Notes: generated by a model not told the origin, from the sequence alone. Shown: positions 10,998 to 21,798, counted from the first letter of the stretch. The stretch: DNA of 64,000 bases from Alphaproteobacteria bacterium (GCA_965225945.1 CBDDBZ010000033.1:32001-96000), one strand, 5' to 3'. Program-made: numbers and translations.

Positions 10998-11851
10998 GTG
11001 CAGGACGGGTTTGCGGACTACGAGACCCTGCGGGTGACGCTGGTGGGCGCGGCCGTCGAGTTGATGCTCGATCGCCCGGCGAGGCACAACGCGCTCACCC
11101 ACCGGATGATGGAGGAGTTGGGCGACGTGGTGCGCCGCGTGGCCACGCGGGCCACGTCCGGGTTCTGGTGATCCGGGGTGCCGGCGGCAACTTCTCCGCC
11201 GGTGGCGACATCGGCTTCATGACCGAGATGCCGGCCCCGCCCGCCGCCGGCGCGACCGACCCCCTGATCGCGCCCTATCGCTATCTGGGCGAGGTGCTGG
11301 GTGCGCTCGACCGGCTGCCCCAGGCCGTGGTCGCGCTGGTCGAGGGGCTGGCGGTCGGCGGCGGCTTCGGCATGGCCTGCTGCGCCGACGTCGTCATCGC
11401 CGAGCGCGGCGCCACCTTCGGGATGCCGGAGCCGCGTTACGGCTTCATCCCCTCGCAAATCATCCCCTTCGTGGTGCGGCGGATCGGCATCGCCCGGGCG
11501 CGGGAGATCGCGGTCACCGGCGGCGTGCTCAGAGGGGAGGGGGCGCTGGAGGCCGGCATCGCCGGCCGCCTGGTCGACGGCGAGGCGGCGCTGCTGGCCG
11601 CCCGCGACCAGGTGGTGGGCGACGTGCTCCGCTGCGAGACCGGCGCCGTCGCCGAGGTCAAGCGTCTGGTCCTCGATTGCGCGCCCGTGGCGGATGCCCG
11701 CGCGCTGGACGACGCGGCGGAAAGCCTGGTACGCCTGCTGCGCCGGGCGGAAGCCCGCGAGGGCATGGCGGCCTTCCACGAGAAGCGGCCACCGGCCTGG
11801 GCGAGGGAGGGGCCGCCGGCCCCGGCGAGGGAGGGAGAGGAGAGAGAGTGA
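10998..11851 (+). pseudogene. Enoyl-CoA hydratase/isomerase (AtuE/LiuC-like), frameshifted near 11145
   Basis: Frame 1 from GTG 10998 gives MQDGFADYETL...LDRPARHNAL and stops at 11169-11171. A second frame continues VRVLVIRGAGGNFSAGGDI...GGGFG...FGMPE. Real lesion or sequencing error. Confidence 0.8.
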
Positions 11852-13506
11852 TGCCGCCGGTTCTGGGGCATATCTCGAGCGAGGAGCGCATCGCCGCCAT
11901 GACCGCCGGCGGGCAGTGGCCGGACCGGCTGCTGATCGACGATCTGGAAGCCTGCGTCCGCCGCCATCCCGACAAGTTGGTGATCACCGACCGCAACAGC
12001 GCCAGCGGCCTCCAGACCTCGTTTTCCTATCGCCAGCTCGACCGGATCACCCGGCGGATCGCCCTCGGCCTGGTCGCACTCGGGGTCGAAAAAGGCGACG
12101 TTGTCGCCTGTCAGCTGCCCAATTGGTGGCAGATCGCGGCGATGATCGTCGCCTGCTGTCGGATCGGCGCCATCATCAACAACCTGATGCCGATCTTTCG
12201 CGAGCGCGAGCTCGAATACATGCTGCGCTTCGCCGAGAGCAAAATCGTCGTCGGCGCGAGCGTCTTTCGCGGCTTCGATCACGCCCTCATGTTGCGCGGC
12301 TTGAAGGCGCGCTCGGCGAACCTGGAGCACGTCCTGATCGTCGGCGGCGAGGGCGAGGAAAGCTTCGAGGCGGCTCTGCTGGTGCCCCGCCACGAGGACG
12401 CGGGCGATGCCGAGGCGGTTCTGGCGACCCGGCGCCCCTCGCCCAACGATGTCATACAGCTGCAGTACACCTCCGGCACGACGGGCGCGCCCAAGGGGGC
12501 GCTGCACACCTCCAACACGCTCTACGGCAACATCGTGGCGGTCATCGAGGCGCTGCAGCTCGGGGCCGAGGAGGTGGTGCTGATGGCCTCACCCATCGCC
12601 CATCAGACCGGCTTTCTCTATGGCGTGATGATGCCCTTGATCCTGGGCGGGCGGACCGTCCTGCAGGACATTTGGGAGCCCTCGACCGCCGCCCGCCTGA
12701 TCCAGGACGAAGGCGTCAGCTTCACCATCGGCGCGACGCCGTTCCTGGCCGACCTCTCGGGCCTCGAGGGGCTGGAGGATTACGACCTCTCCAGCCTGCT
12801 TCGCTTCGCCTCCGCCGGCGCGCCGATCCCGCGCGTGCTGGTCGAGACCGCGACCCAGCGCCTGGGCGCGCGCGTCCTCTCCGGCTGGGGGATGACGGAG
12901 AACGGCCTGGTGACCGCGGTCCGGATGGACGATCCGTCGGAGAAGACCTTCCAGACCGACGGCCGTGCCATCGACGGCATGGAGGTCCGGGTCGTCGACG
13001 AGACGGGCGAGGACTCGGGCCCGGGCACCGAGGGCGAGCTGCTGGCGCGGGGCGCCGCCAACTTCGTCGGCTACATGGCCAAGCCCGAGCTCAACAACAT
13101 CGACGCGGAGGGCTGGTTCGATACCGGCGACCGCGCGGTGATGGACCAGGAGGGCTACATCCGGATCAGCGGCCGCTCCAAGGACATCATCATCCGGGGC
13201 GGCGAGAACATCCCCGTCGTCGAGGTCGAGGAGTTGCTCTACCGCCACCCGGCGATCGCCGACGCGCAGATCGTCGCCATGCCGGATCCGCGCCTCGGCG
13301 AGCGCGGCTGCGCCTTCGTGACCCTGAAGGCAGGCGAGCAGATGTCGTTCGAGGCGATGGTGGACTATCTGCTCGGGCAGAAGCTGGCCAAGCCATATCT
13401 GCCGGAGCGGCTGGAGGTGATTGGGGAGATGCCGCGCACGCCCTCCGGCAAGATCCAGAAATTCAAGCTGCGCGAGTTGGCGGCCGCGATGGCGCCGGAG
13501 GCGTGA
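11851..13506 (+). CDS. Acyl-CoA ligase, cyclohexanecarboxylate-CoA ligase (AliA)-like
   Basis: YTSGTTGAPKG, GWGMTE, GWFDTGD, RSKDIIIRGGENI and PRTPSGKIQK motifs. Confidence 0.9.
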   Translation: MPPVLGHISSEERIAAMTAGGQWPDRLLIDDLEACVRRHPDKLVITDRNSASGLQTSFSYRQLDRITRRIALGLVALGVEKGDVVACQLPNWWQIAAMIVACCRIGAIINNLMPIFRERELEYMLRFAESKIVVGASVFRGFDHALMLRGLKARSANLEHVLIVGGEGEESFEAALLVPRHEDAGDAEAVLATRRPSPNDVIQLQYTSGTTGAPKGALHTSNTLYGNIVAVIEALQLGAEEVVLMASPIAHQTGFLYGVMMPLILGGRTVLQDIWEPSTAARLIQDEGVSFTIGATPFLADLSGLEGLEDYDLSSLLRFASAGAPIPRVLVETATQRLGARVLSGWGMTENGLVTAVRMDDPSEKTFQTDGRAIDGMEVRVVDETGEDSGPGTEGELLARGAANFVGYMAKPELNNIDAEGWFDTGDRAVMDQEGYIRISGRSKDIIIRGGENIPVVEVEELLYRHPAIADAQIVAMPDPRLGERGCAFVTLKAGEQMSFEAMVDYLLGQKLAKPYLPERLEVIGEMPRTPSGKIQKFKLRELAAAMAPEA

Positions 13507-13730
13507 GCGGGGAGGGCTCCGAGACGCCGGCCCCGCCGCTTCCCGGCTATCGTGTTTACGATTCCGTAGACACCTTCGAGAACCAGGCCGGCCCGTTCTT
13601 CTGGCGCGAGCGGGCGGCGGGCGTGCATTATTTCGTGCTCCGGGCCGAGCCGCGCCACGGCATCGTCCGCCGCGGCGAGACGGTGTTGCTCACCGCGAGC
13701 GCGGTACTGAAGGCGATCCGGCCGGCTTGA
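13503..13730 (+). pseudogene. PaaI-type thioesterase with its core deleted
   Basis: 75 aa: ...DTFENQAGPFFWR...FVLRAEPRHGIV|RRGETVLLTASAVLK. The N and C ends of a hot-dog thioesterase are present, but the HGG catalytic helix is missing. Confidence 0.6.
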
Positions 13731-13740
13731 GTCGATTCGC

Positions 13741-15078
13741 CTATTGCGCGGCCACCAGCGCCTGGAAGCATTCCCGCGAGCCGGCCCGCTCGAAATGTGC
13801 CAGGCACTCGAAGAGCTCTCCCGTCCGGGCGCCGAGGGCGGGGGTGACGAGCGAATCGAACTTCGCCCGGAGATCGTCCCAGCTCATCGGGTTGCCGGGA
13901 TTGCCGAGGGCGAGCGTGGTCTCCTCGCTCGCCTCGCCGCCGTCGGCGAAGCGCACGGTGAGGCGGGCCGCGCGCATGTCGATTCCGTCCTCGCAGACCA
14001 GCTCGGTCTTGGCCACCAGCTCGCGGATCCGCGCCAGGGCCAGAATTTCGGGCGAGAAATCACCCTCCGTCGCCAGCCGCCCGGTGAGGCCGAGCGCGCT
14101 GCAGTAGGCGGTGGAGAACTTGCCCTCGAGCGGCGTGCTCGGCGCCGTCTTGCCCGCGTGCTGCTCGCAGGCCGGATTGACCCGGACCTCGATTCGGCTC
14201 ACCGGCCGCGCCTCGACCCGTTCGGCGAGGCGCCGCGCGGCGTCGATCACCGGGTGGGTCAGGAGGCAGGAGGCATAGGGCTTGAAGGTGTTGGCCAAGA
14301 TCTCCCAGCCGGCGTCGAAATCGAGGCTGCGAATTGCCGTGGCACCATCCTGCACCAGCGCGGCGACCATGGCACCGTCGCTCTCCAGCAGTTCGGTATT
14401 GGCGGCGAAACCCGCCGCCGCCAGCTCGGCGGCGAGGATGCCGTTGAAGGCCGCCTTGCCGGCGTGGAAGGGCTTCGACATGGTGCCGAAGGAGGCGGTG
14501 AGGCCACCGGTCTGGGTCGCCGCCGCGCCGAGCGCGTTGGCCGTCGCGTCCTCGTCCAGTCCGAGCAGGACCGAGGCCGCCGCCGCCGCGCCCAGGCAGC
14601 CGAAGACGCCGGTCGCATGCCACCCCCGCCGGTTCAGTGCCCCGCCCACGCCCTGGCCGATCCGCGCGCCACTTTCGAAGCCGGCGACGAAGGCCTGGAG
14701 GATGAGACTCTCGTCGAGTTCCAAGTGCGTGCCGAGCGCCAGCGCCGCCGCCCAGGTCGGCCCGCTCATATGCGCGACGGCGCCGACGTGGGTGTCGTCG
14801 TAGTCGAGGCAGTGCGCCATGGTCCCGTTGACCAACGCCGCCGCCGCCGGCGCCGCCCGGCCGCCGAGCACGATCTGGGCCCCGCCAGCCGTGCGCCAAC
14901 CGGCGACGGCGCGCCGCGTCGCCCGCTCGGCCGCCTCGCCCCGGGCGCCGATCGCCACCCCGCACCAGTCGACCAAGCATTTGCGTGCGGCGTCCAAGAC
15001 ATCGGGCGGCAAGTTCAGCCCCCGGGCAGCGGAAATAAACCGCGCCGTCGTCGCCATGTTCCTCGGGTGCGTGCTCAT
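13741..15078 (-). CDS. MmgE/PrpD family protein
   Basis: AALVNGTMAHCLDYDDTH, GWHATG, SKPFHAG, KPYASC and GKFS motifs. Confidence 0.92.
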   Translation of the reverse strand: MSTHPRNMATTARFISAARGLNLPPDVLDAARKCLVDWCGVAIGARGEAAERATRRAVAGWRTAGGAQIVLGGRAAPAAAALVNGTMAHCLDYDDTHVGAVAHMSGPTWAAALALGTHLELDESLILQAFVAGFESGARIGQGVGGALNRRGWHATGVFGCLGAAAAASVLLGLDEDATANALGAAATQTGGLTASFGTMSKPFHAGKAAFNGILAAELAAAGFAANTELLESDGAMVAALVQDGATAIRSLDFDAGWEILANTFKPYASCLLTHPVIDAARRLAERVEARPVSRIEVRVNPACEQHAGKTAPSTPLEGKFSTAYCSALGLTGRLATEGDFSPEILALARIRELVAKTELVCEDGIDMRAARLTVRFADGGEASEETTLALGNPGNPMSWDDLRAKFDSLVTPALGARTGELFECLAHFERAGSRECFQALVAAQ

Positions 15079-15215
15079 GACGTCGCCTCCTCGCGCCTGT
15101 CGCCGAAGGGAGTATAGCCGGCGGCGGGAGAATCCTCGACCGGCGGATTCCGTGCTATTGCCTTCACCAAAGCACCTGTCGATCCATTGGCGCGAGGCGG
15201 GGGAGGCGAGGGGCG

Positions 15216-16397
15216 ATGCGACGATCCAGACTGCCGGCCGGCGGGGCCAACATCTTCCAGCTGATCCGCGCGCGCCGCGCGGAGGCCGAGGCCAGGGGCG
15301 TGGCGCTGCTCGACCTCTCGATCGGCGAGCCGAGGGGGCCGGCGCTGGAGAGCGCGCGCCGCGCGGCCGCCGAGGCGGTGCTGAGCGCCGAGGAGGCGAT
15401 GCACGCCTATCAATACAACGGCACTCCGGCGGTGCCGGACTTCGCCCGGCGTTTCGTCACCGCACACCTGTCCGCCGCGCCGCCGGCGGGCGAGATCGCC
15501 TATCTGCCGATCCCCGGGATCAAGCCGATGCTCGGGCTGCTGCCGCTGGCCACGGGCTGCGCGGTGGGCGCGCTCGAGGTGGCGACCACGAGCCGGCCCG
15601 GCTATCCGATCCCGGCGAACTGGTGCGACTATCACCCGAACGTCAGCCATCGGGCCCTGCCGCTCAGCCCCGCGAACGGCTTTTGCTTCGCGCCCGAGGA
15701 CGTGGCCCCGGGCACCGATTTGGTGATGATGAACTATCCCCACAATCCCTCGGGCCAGGTGGCGACGGCGACGTGGCTCGACGCGCTTTCGGCGCACTGC
15801 GCGCGGCACGACATTCGCCTGTTCAACGATGCCGCCTACATCTGCCTCGCCCATGGCACGGAGAGCGCCTCGCTCACCGAGATCGCGCCGAATCATCCCG
15901 GGCTTTCCTGGGCCGAGGCCTTCACCGCCGCCAAGCTGATCGGCAACGGCACCGGCTGGCATGTCGGCGCCATGGCCGGCTCGCCCGACTTCATCGCCGA
16001 TATCGCGGAGGTGAAAGGCAAGACGGATGCCGGCCTGGTGGCGCCGATGGCGGCGGGCGTGCTGGCCGCGCTGGAGGGCGACCAGGACGGAATTCGCAGC
16101 CACCGCGAGACCTATCGCCGCCGCCTCGAGGTGCTGGCCGAGCTGTTGGGGAAGTGCGGCATGCGCCTGGCGATTCCACCGCGCGCTGCCTTCTACACCC
16201 TCTGGGAGACGCCCACCCGCGCCTTCGGGCGGGCCATCGAGGGGGCGGAGGACTTCAACCTGGCGATGATCGAGGAGACCGGCGTGGTCGGCGTCAGCTT
16301 CGCCGAATATATCCGCTACGCCGTCTGCGCCGACGTCGAGGCGATTGCCCCGGAGCTCGATGCCGCCTTCCGCCGCGCCGCGGTCGCCTACGATTGA
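15216..16397 (+). CDS. PLP-dependent aminotransferase class I/II (LL-DAP aminotransferase-like)
   Basis: LSIGEP, NYPHNPSG, FNDAAY motifs; PLP Lys in AAKLIGNGTGW. Confidence 0.85.
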   Translation: MRRSRLPAGGANIFQLIRARRAEAEARGVALLDLSIGEPRGPALESARRAAAEAVLSAEEAMHAYQYNGTPAVPDFARRFVTAHLSAAPPAGEIAYLPIPGIKPMLGLLPLATGCAVGALEVATTSRPGYPIPANWCDYHPNVSHRALPLSPANGFCFAPEDVAPGTDLVMMNYPHNPSGQVATATWLDALSAHCARHDIRLFNDAAYICLAHGTESASLTEIAPNHPGLSWAEAFTAAKLIGNGTGWHVGAMAGSPDFIADIAEVKGKTDAGLVAPMAAGVLAALEGDQDGIRSHRETYRRRLEVLAELLGKCGMRLAIPPRAAFYTLWETPTRAFGRAIEGAEDFNLAMIEETGVVGVSFAEYIRYAVCADVEAIAPELDAAFRRAAVAYD

Positions 16398-16414
16398 GCG
16401 GATAGGGCAACGAC

Positions 16415-19108
16415 ATGCCCCCGCCGACCGCGTCCCGCCTGGGCCTCCGCCTGACCCCGCAAGGGCACCTCGTGTCCGAGGAAGCCGAGGACTTTCCCGT
16501 CCTGGAAGACAGAATCGCGGCGCGGCTCGTCGAGGCTTTTGCCCAAGGGTCCGGATACGGCCTGATGTGGCTGGGGGCGGAAGAGGTCGGGCAGGCCTTG
16601 CCACCCGTCCTAGGTTGGTGGCGCGACTTCGCGGCGCGCTATGTGGGGGGGCTGTGCCTGGGATCGTCGGACACGGCCGTCACGGTGCCGCCACCCGAGG
16701 ACGGTGAACTCGCCACCCTGGTGCTGACGGCGCCGATGATGCCGGGCGCCGAATATCTGAACCAGGATATTTTGACGGCGCTCTGGGAGGAGATGGGCCC
16801 GGCGTTCGCCACCTCTCTCGGCTCCGCCGGAACGGATATCCAGGCCTTTCTCAAGAGCCTGAACCCGGTCTGGAACCTGGTCGGGCGGGTGCATTTCAAT
16901 CTGGCGGAGAACCGGCGCGATCCCGATTCTCCCTTCGCATTCGTGGCGACCTACACCACGGGGCTATCGGCCAAGGCCACGGCCCAACATGTGCAGCTCG
17001 GGCAGGCGCTGAGCGAATATGCCGGGGTGGCGAACCGCGACAAGCTGTTGTCGCTCCTGGTGCCGGTGCAGCGCGCCGCCGAAACCTGTGGCTGGCTGAA
17101 GACGATGGTCGACGCGGGAGAGATCTTCCATCCCCTGCGCTGGGGGGTGGGAGAAGCGGCGCGCTTCCTCGCCAGTGCGGTCGAGCTGGAAAGCGCCGGC
17201 GTGATCGTGCGCATGCCCGCCACGTGGCGCGCCAATCGCCCCGCGCGCCCGAAGGTCACGGCGACGATCGGCGCGACCGCCCCATCCGTCACCGGCCTCG
17301 ATGGGTTGCTCGATTTCCAAGTGGACGTGGTGCTGGAGGGAGAGCCGCTCAGCGACGAGGAGATCGCCGCGCTGCTCGCCGGCACCGAGGCACTGGTCTT
17401 GTTGCGCGGCCAATGGGTGGAGGTCGACCGCGAACGTCTGGAAGCCGCGATGCGGCAATTCGAGGAGGCCGAAGCCCTGGCCCGGGAGAGCGGCCTGTCC
17501 TTCGCCGAGGCCATGCGCATGCTGGCTGGGGCCCCGATCACCGAAGACGGCAACGATGACGACGTCGCCGAGTGGTCGCAAGTGACGGCCGGGCCTTTTC
17601 TCGCCGAGACGTTGAAGGCGTTGCGGAGCCCCGATGGCACGCTCGCCGATCTCGGCCCGGCCTTCAAGGGAACGTTGCGGCCCTACCAGAAGGTGGGCGT
17701 GCAATGGATGCACCTTCTGGGTGGGCTTGGGCTGGGGGCCTGCCTGGCCGACGACATGGGGCTGGGTAAGACGATCCAGGTGCTGTCGCTGCTTCTCGCC
17801 GGGGGGCGGAAAAGCAAGGAGAAACAACCGAGCCTGCTGGTCGCGCCGGCCTCGTTGCTCGCCAACTGGGTGGCGGAAATCGAGCGCTTCACCCCCAGCC
17901 TGAAGGCCAGAATCCTACACCCCTCGGCCATGACGCGCGAGGCGATGAAGCAGCTCACGCCGGAGCGCTTCGCGGGGCTAGACCTGGCGATCACCAGCTA
18001 TGGCACGCTCCTGCGCTTGGAGGTGCTGGCGGAGACGAACTGGAACCTGCTCGTCCTCGACGAGGCCCAGGCGATCAAGAACCCGAACGCCAAGCAAACC
18101 AGGGCGGCCAAGGCGCTGAAGGCGAAGGCGCGCATCGTGCTGACCGGAACCCCGGTCGAGAATCACCTGGGCGACCTATGGTCGATCTTCGATTTCATCA
18201 ACCCCGGCCTGCTCGGCACCTCCAAGCAGTTCGCCAAATACGCCAAGCAACTGGCGGCGCGCAGCCACAATCCTTATGGCCCGCTCCGCGATCTCGTGCG
18301 GCCCTATATCCTGCGTCGGATGAAGACCGACAAGTCGGTCATCGCCGACCTGCCGGACAAGACCGAACTCAAGGCCTACTGCGCCTTGAGTCGCAAGCAG
18401 GCGGCGCTCTATGGGCAGACGGTGTCGGATCTCGCCGAGGCGCTGGACGGGGCCGAGGGGATTCAGCGCAAGGGTATCGTGCTGGCGACACTGATGCGCC
18501 TGAAACAGATCTGCAACCATCCCTCCCAGTGGCTCAAAGACGAGGCTTGGTCGGAGGCGGACAGCGGCAAGTTCGCTCGCTTGCGTGAAATCGCCGAGGT
18601 GGTGGCGGCACGCCAGGAGAAGATGCTGGTGTTCACCCAGTTCCGCGAGACGACGGCGCCGCTCGAAGCATTTCTCGAAAAGATTTTCGGCCGCCCTGGC
18701 CTGGTTCTCCATGGTGGCACGGCGGTGAAGAGCCGCAATGCCATGGTGCGAAGCTTTCAGGAAGACGAGGCCGTCCCGTTTTTTATTCTGTCGTTGAAGG
18801 CGGGAGGCTCCGGCGTGAATCTGACCGCGGCATCCCATGTCGTGCATTTCGATCGCTGGTGGAACCCGGCGGTGGAGAACCAAGCCACGGATCGGGCCTT
18901 CCGCATCGGACAAAAGAAGAACGTCTTGGTGCACAAGTTCGTCTGTCGGGGAACGGTCGAGGAAAAAATTGACGCCATGATCGAGGCGAAGAAGACTCTG
19001 TCCGAGGATCTGCTGGCCGGATCGGGTGAGACCAATTTGACCGAGATGAAGGATGACGCGCTGCTGCGCCTGGTCACGCTCGATCTAGCCGCCGCAATGA
19101 AAGAATAG
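16415..19108 (+). CDS. SNF2-family helicase/ATPase
   Basis: LRPYQ, LADDMGLGKT, LDEAQ, LTGTPVEN and DRWWNPAVENQATDRAFRIGQ motifs. Confidence 0.95.
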   Translation: MPPPTASRLGLRLTPQGHLVSEEAEDFPVLEDRIAARLVEAFAQGSGYGLMWLGAEEVGQALPPVLGWWRDFAARYVGGLCLGSSDTAVTVPPPEDGELATLVLTAPMMPGAEYLNQDILTALWEEMGPAFATSLGSAGTDIQAFLKSLNPVWNLVGRVHFNLAENRRDPDSPFAFVATYTTGLSAKATAQHVQLGQALSEYAGVANRDKLLSLLVPVQRAAETCGWLKTMVDAGEIFHPLRWGVGEAARFLASAVELESAGVIVRMPATWRANRPARPKVTATIGATAPSVTGLDGLLDFQVDVVLEGEPLSDEEIAALLAGTEALVLLRGQWVEVDRERLEAAMRQFEEAEALARESGLSFAEAMRMLAGAPITEDGNDDDVAEWSQVTAGPFLAETLKALRSPDGTLADLGPAFKGTLRPYQKVGVQWMHLLGGLGLGACLADDMGLGKTIQVLSLLLAGGRKSKEKQPSLLVAPASLLANWVAEIERFTPSLKARILHPSAMTREAMKQLTPERFAGLDLAITSYGTLLRLEVLAETNWNLLVLDEAQAIKNPNAKQTRAAKALKAKARIVLTGTPVENHLGDLWSIFDFINPGLLGTSKQFAKYAKQLAARSHNPYGPLRDLVRPYILRRMKTDKSVIADLPDKTELKAYCALSRKQAALYGQTVSDLAEALDGAEGIQRKGIVLATLMRLKQICNHPSQWLKDEAWSEADSGKFARLREIAEVVAARQEKMLVFTQFRETTAPLEAFLEKIFGRPGLVLHGGTAVKSRNAMVRSFQEDEAVPFFILSLKAGGSGVNLTAASHVVHFDRWWNPAVENQATDRAFRIGQKKNVLVHKFVCRGTVEEKIDAMIEAKKTLSEDLLAGSGETNLTEMKDDALLRLVTLDLAAAMKE

Positions 19109-19112
19109 AGCG

Positions 19113-20195
19113 ATGTCAAGCTATTACGGAGGATGGCCGGCCTATGTCCCGGTCGCCGCGCGCCGCAAGAAGGCAGCCCGCGAGGTTGAGAAGTTGCGCA
19201 AGAAAGGGCGCGCGATCGCGCCGGTGGTGATCGAAGGGCGCCGAATCGCCACCACCTTCTGGGGCAAGGCGTGGTGCGACAATCTGGAGAGCTACCACGA
19301 TTTCGAAAACCGGCTGCCGCGCGGCCGCACCTATGTGCGCAACGGCTCGGTGGTCGATCTGCAAATCTCAGCCCTGGAAGTCCGCGCGATTGTCGCCGGA
19401 TCGTCGATCTACCAGGTCTCGGTCGCCATCGCGGCGGTGCCCGAGAAGCAGTGGCGAGCCATATGCGGAGATTGCGCGGGCGGCATCGATTCCCTGGTCG
19501 AGTTGTTGCAAGGACGCTTCTCCAAGGGGGTCATGGAGCGCCTCTGCCGCCAGGACAAGGGGCTGTTTCCCAGGCCATCCGAGATCGAGTTCTCGTGCAG
19601 TTGTCTCGACTATGCATCGATGTGCAAGCACGTCGCGGCGGTGCTGTACGGTATCGGCTCGCGGCTGGACGAAAAGCCGGAGTTGCTGTTCCACTTGCGT
19701 GCAGTAGACCGGAACGACCTGGTGGCCCATATCGAGGTGGCCCTGCCGCTGGCGAAGAATGGCCCCGACGCCGGGAAGGTGCTGGAGTCCGACGACATAT
19801 CCGCGCTGTTCGGCCTCGACATGGCGACGCCGCAAGCGGTGAAGAAAGGCGAGAAACCGCGAACCGAAGGCAAGCTCGGGGCTCGGGGACGAGTTGTTTC
19901 GCCACCTCCGGAAAGGCGTACGGCGAAGGCGAGGACGAGCAAGAACCGTGAACGCCACCCCGCCGCTTCGCCACGCCGCGAGAACGCCGTCTGGCGGGAG
20001 GTCGAGGGCCTTATTTCCCGACGCAACGGTACCGGATACGAGCGGGCAACGGCCTTGCTGCTCGACTTACGCGAGCGTTCCCGGAAAGGCCGAAAGACGA
20101 TCGACTTCGCCCGCCTCCTCGCCGCGCTGCGCGCCCGGCACGAGAGGAAGGCCAAGTTCATCGAGCGGCTGGATGCCACCGACCTCGGCTGTTAG
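19113..20195 (+). CDS. SWIM zinc-finger protein (SNF2 partner)
   Basis: CSCxD...CKHVAA SWIM motif and NRLPRGRTYVRNG; starts 4 bp after the SNF2 stop. Confidence 0.9.
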   Translation: MSSYYGGWPAYVPVAARRKKAAREVEKLRKKGRAIAPVVIEGRRIATTFWGKAWCDNLESYHDFENRLPRGRTYVRNGSVVDLQISALEVRAIVAGSSIYQVSVAIAAVPEKQWRAICGDCAGGIDSLVELLQGRFSKGVMERLCRQDKGLFPRPSEIEFSCSCLDYASMCKHVAAVLYGIGSRLDEKPELLFHLRAVDRNDLVAHIEVALPLAKNGPDAGKVLESDDISALFGLDMATPQAVKKGEKPRTEGKLGARGRVVSPPPERRTAKARTSKNRERHPAASPRRENAVWREVEGLISRRNGTGYERATALLLDLRERSRKGRKTIDFARLLAALRARHERKAKFIERLDATDLGC

Positions 20196-20408
20196 GCCCA
20201 CGCTGCCGCGATAGCTTTGTCCATCCCAAAGGACACCCCCGTGGGACAGCTCTCCGATGACCGTTCACAGGATACGAAAGGTCCGTAAGCGACGGAAAAT
20301 CGGCGACGGTTCCGGGCCATTTACAATCCAACAATATTTTTAACACCAATAACTCGAGCGTTGGCGGTGCAGGGAGGCGGGAGCGAACTCGTCTCTACTG
20401 TCGGCGGG

Positions 20409-21564
20409 CATGGTACACGACGGCATTTACGTAGGACGTTGAAAAGGTTGTAGGATTCCCGATTCACTCCACGACGAGTCAAGAGGGAAATCATGCGAGA
20501 CAACCCGATCAACGCCCTGCGTGAGCGGCTTCGCCTTTCGAGAGCCGTCTGGAGAGCCTTCGGTCTTCGGCGTGTTCGTCGCCCGGACGGTGAACCTCTC
20601 TCACTTGGCCTGCCTTTCCGGGGCGCGCGCGATCCAGCTCCAATCGGCCGCAACGGTTTTTCGAGCAAGTCGATTTCGATTACGATCGCCTCGCCGAGTT
20701 TGGTCGCGATGATGGGGCTCCAGGCGGGGCCGTGGCGGCTGACCATGGACCGGACCAACTGGTTGGGTCGCCGCGACGTCAACATCTTGATGATCGGCAT
20801 CGTCAACCGCGCCATCGCCATTCCCGTGTGCTGGCGGGTGCTCGACAAGGCGGGCAATTCCAATACCAAGGAGCGGATCGCGATCCTCGAACACGTCCTC
20901 CGCCACTTCCGGGTCGACAAGATCGCCAGCCTCCTGGCCGACCGGGAATTCATCGGCGACGCCTGGCTGGCATGGTTGCAGGAAAAGGCTATCCCCTTTC
21001 ACATCCGCATCCGCAAGATCGCCAACACGCGTGGTCATGGTCAAGCGAGGGAGCTGTTTCGCGACCTCAAACCCGGGGAGCTGCATCCTCTCCAACGCCA
21101 GGCGCCTCTCGGAGGCCAGAAAACCCAAGGCCAGGCCCGAATTCGTCGCCGCGCTCCATCTCAAGACCGGCGAACTGTTGATCGTCGTGACCAACGACGC
21201 GCCCGAGGAGGCCTTGGCCACGCCCAGCGGCAAATCGAGACCCTCTTCGCCGCCTTGAAAACCCGTGGCTTCAACCTCGAAGACACCCACATGACCGACC
21301 CGGAGCGCATCTCCAAGCTCACCGCCGTCCTTTCCAACCTTCTGCTGGGCGCACAAAGTCGGCGATTGGCTCCACGAGGCCGAGCCGATCCGCCTCAAAA
21401 CCCACAAAAGGATGGCAAAATCCATCTTCCGATACGGTTTCGAGTGGCGACAGCTCGTCAACGACAGGCGCCATCAAGCCATTGAGCTGATTCGTTTCCT
21501 CGTCCCCGGAAAACCACCAGTCCAGGTGCCCAGGCCAAAGCCAGCATGAACGAGTCGTGTACTG
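20409..21564 (+). mobile_element. IS4-family element with a degenerate (frameshifted) transposase
   Basis: Ends GTACACGAC ... GTCGTGTACTG; DDE motifs MDRTNW, ADREFIG and IETLFAALKTRGFNLEDTH, with frame disruptions between them. Confidence 0.85.
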
Positions 21565-21578
21565 TGGTCGGCGGGTCA

Positions 21579-21798
21579 AGTTCCCTGTTATGCAGGGAAA
21601 TTACAGCCGAAATATCGGCGGAATCGAGGCCTCAATCGCCGCAGCGATGTCGTATCAGGGAAACAGCAGGGAATTTGTCCTTGCACGGCGCGACGGCGTT
21701 CGGCCGCCTCAAAGTTTTCTGCCGTTCACGATTTCCCTAACCACCCGAACAGGGAATTATGTCGCCGTATCAGGGAGAATTTGTCCTTGCACGGCGCC
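21579..21798. repeat. Cluster of CAGGGAA(TT) motifs with a direct repeat
   Basis: CGTATCAGGGA...GAATTTGTCCTTGCACGGCG occurs at about 21651-21690 and 21765-21796; palindromic TTCCCTG-TTATG-CAGGGAA near 21581-21599. Confidence 0.65.

Noticed and set aside
11169-11171. TGA in the enoyl-CoA hydratase as a second selenocysteine codon
   Set aside because: Homology continues in a different frame from about 11145, so this is a frameshift, not read-through.
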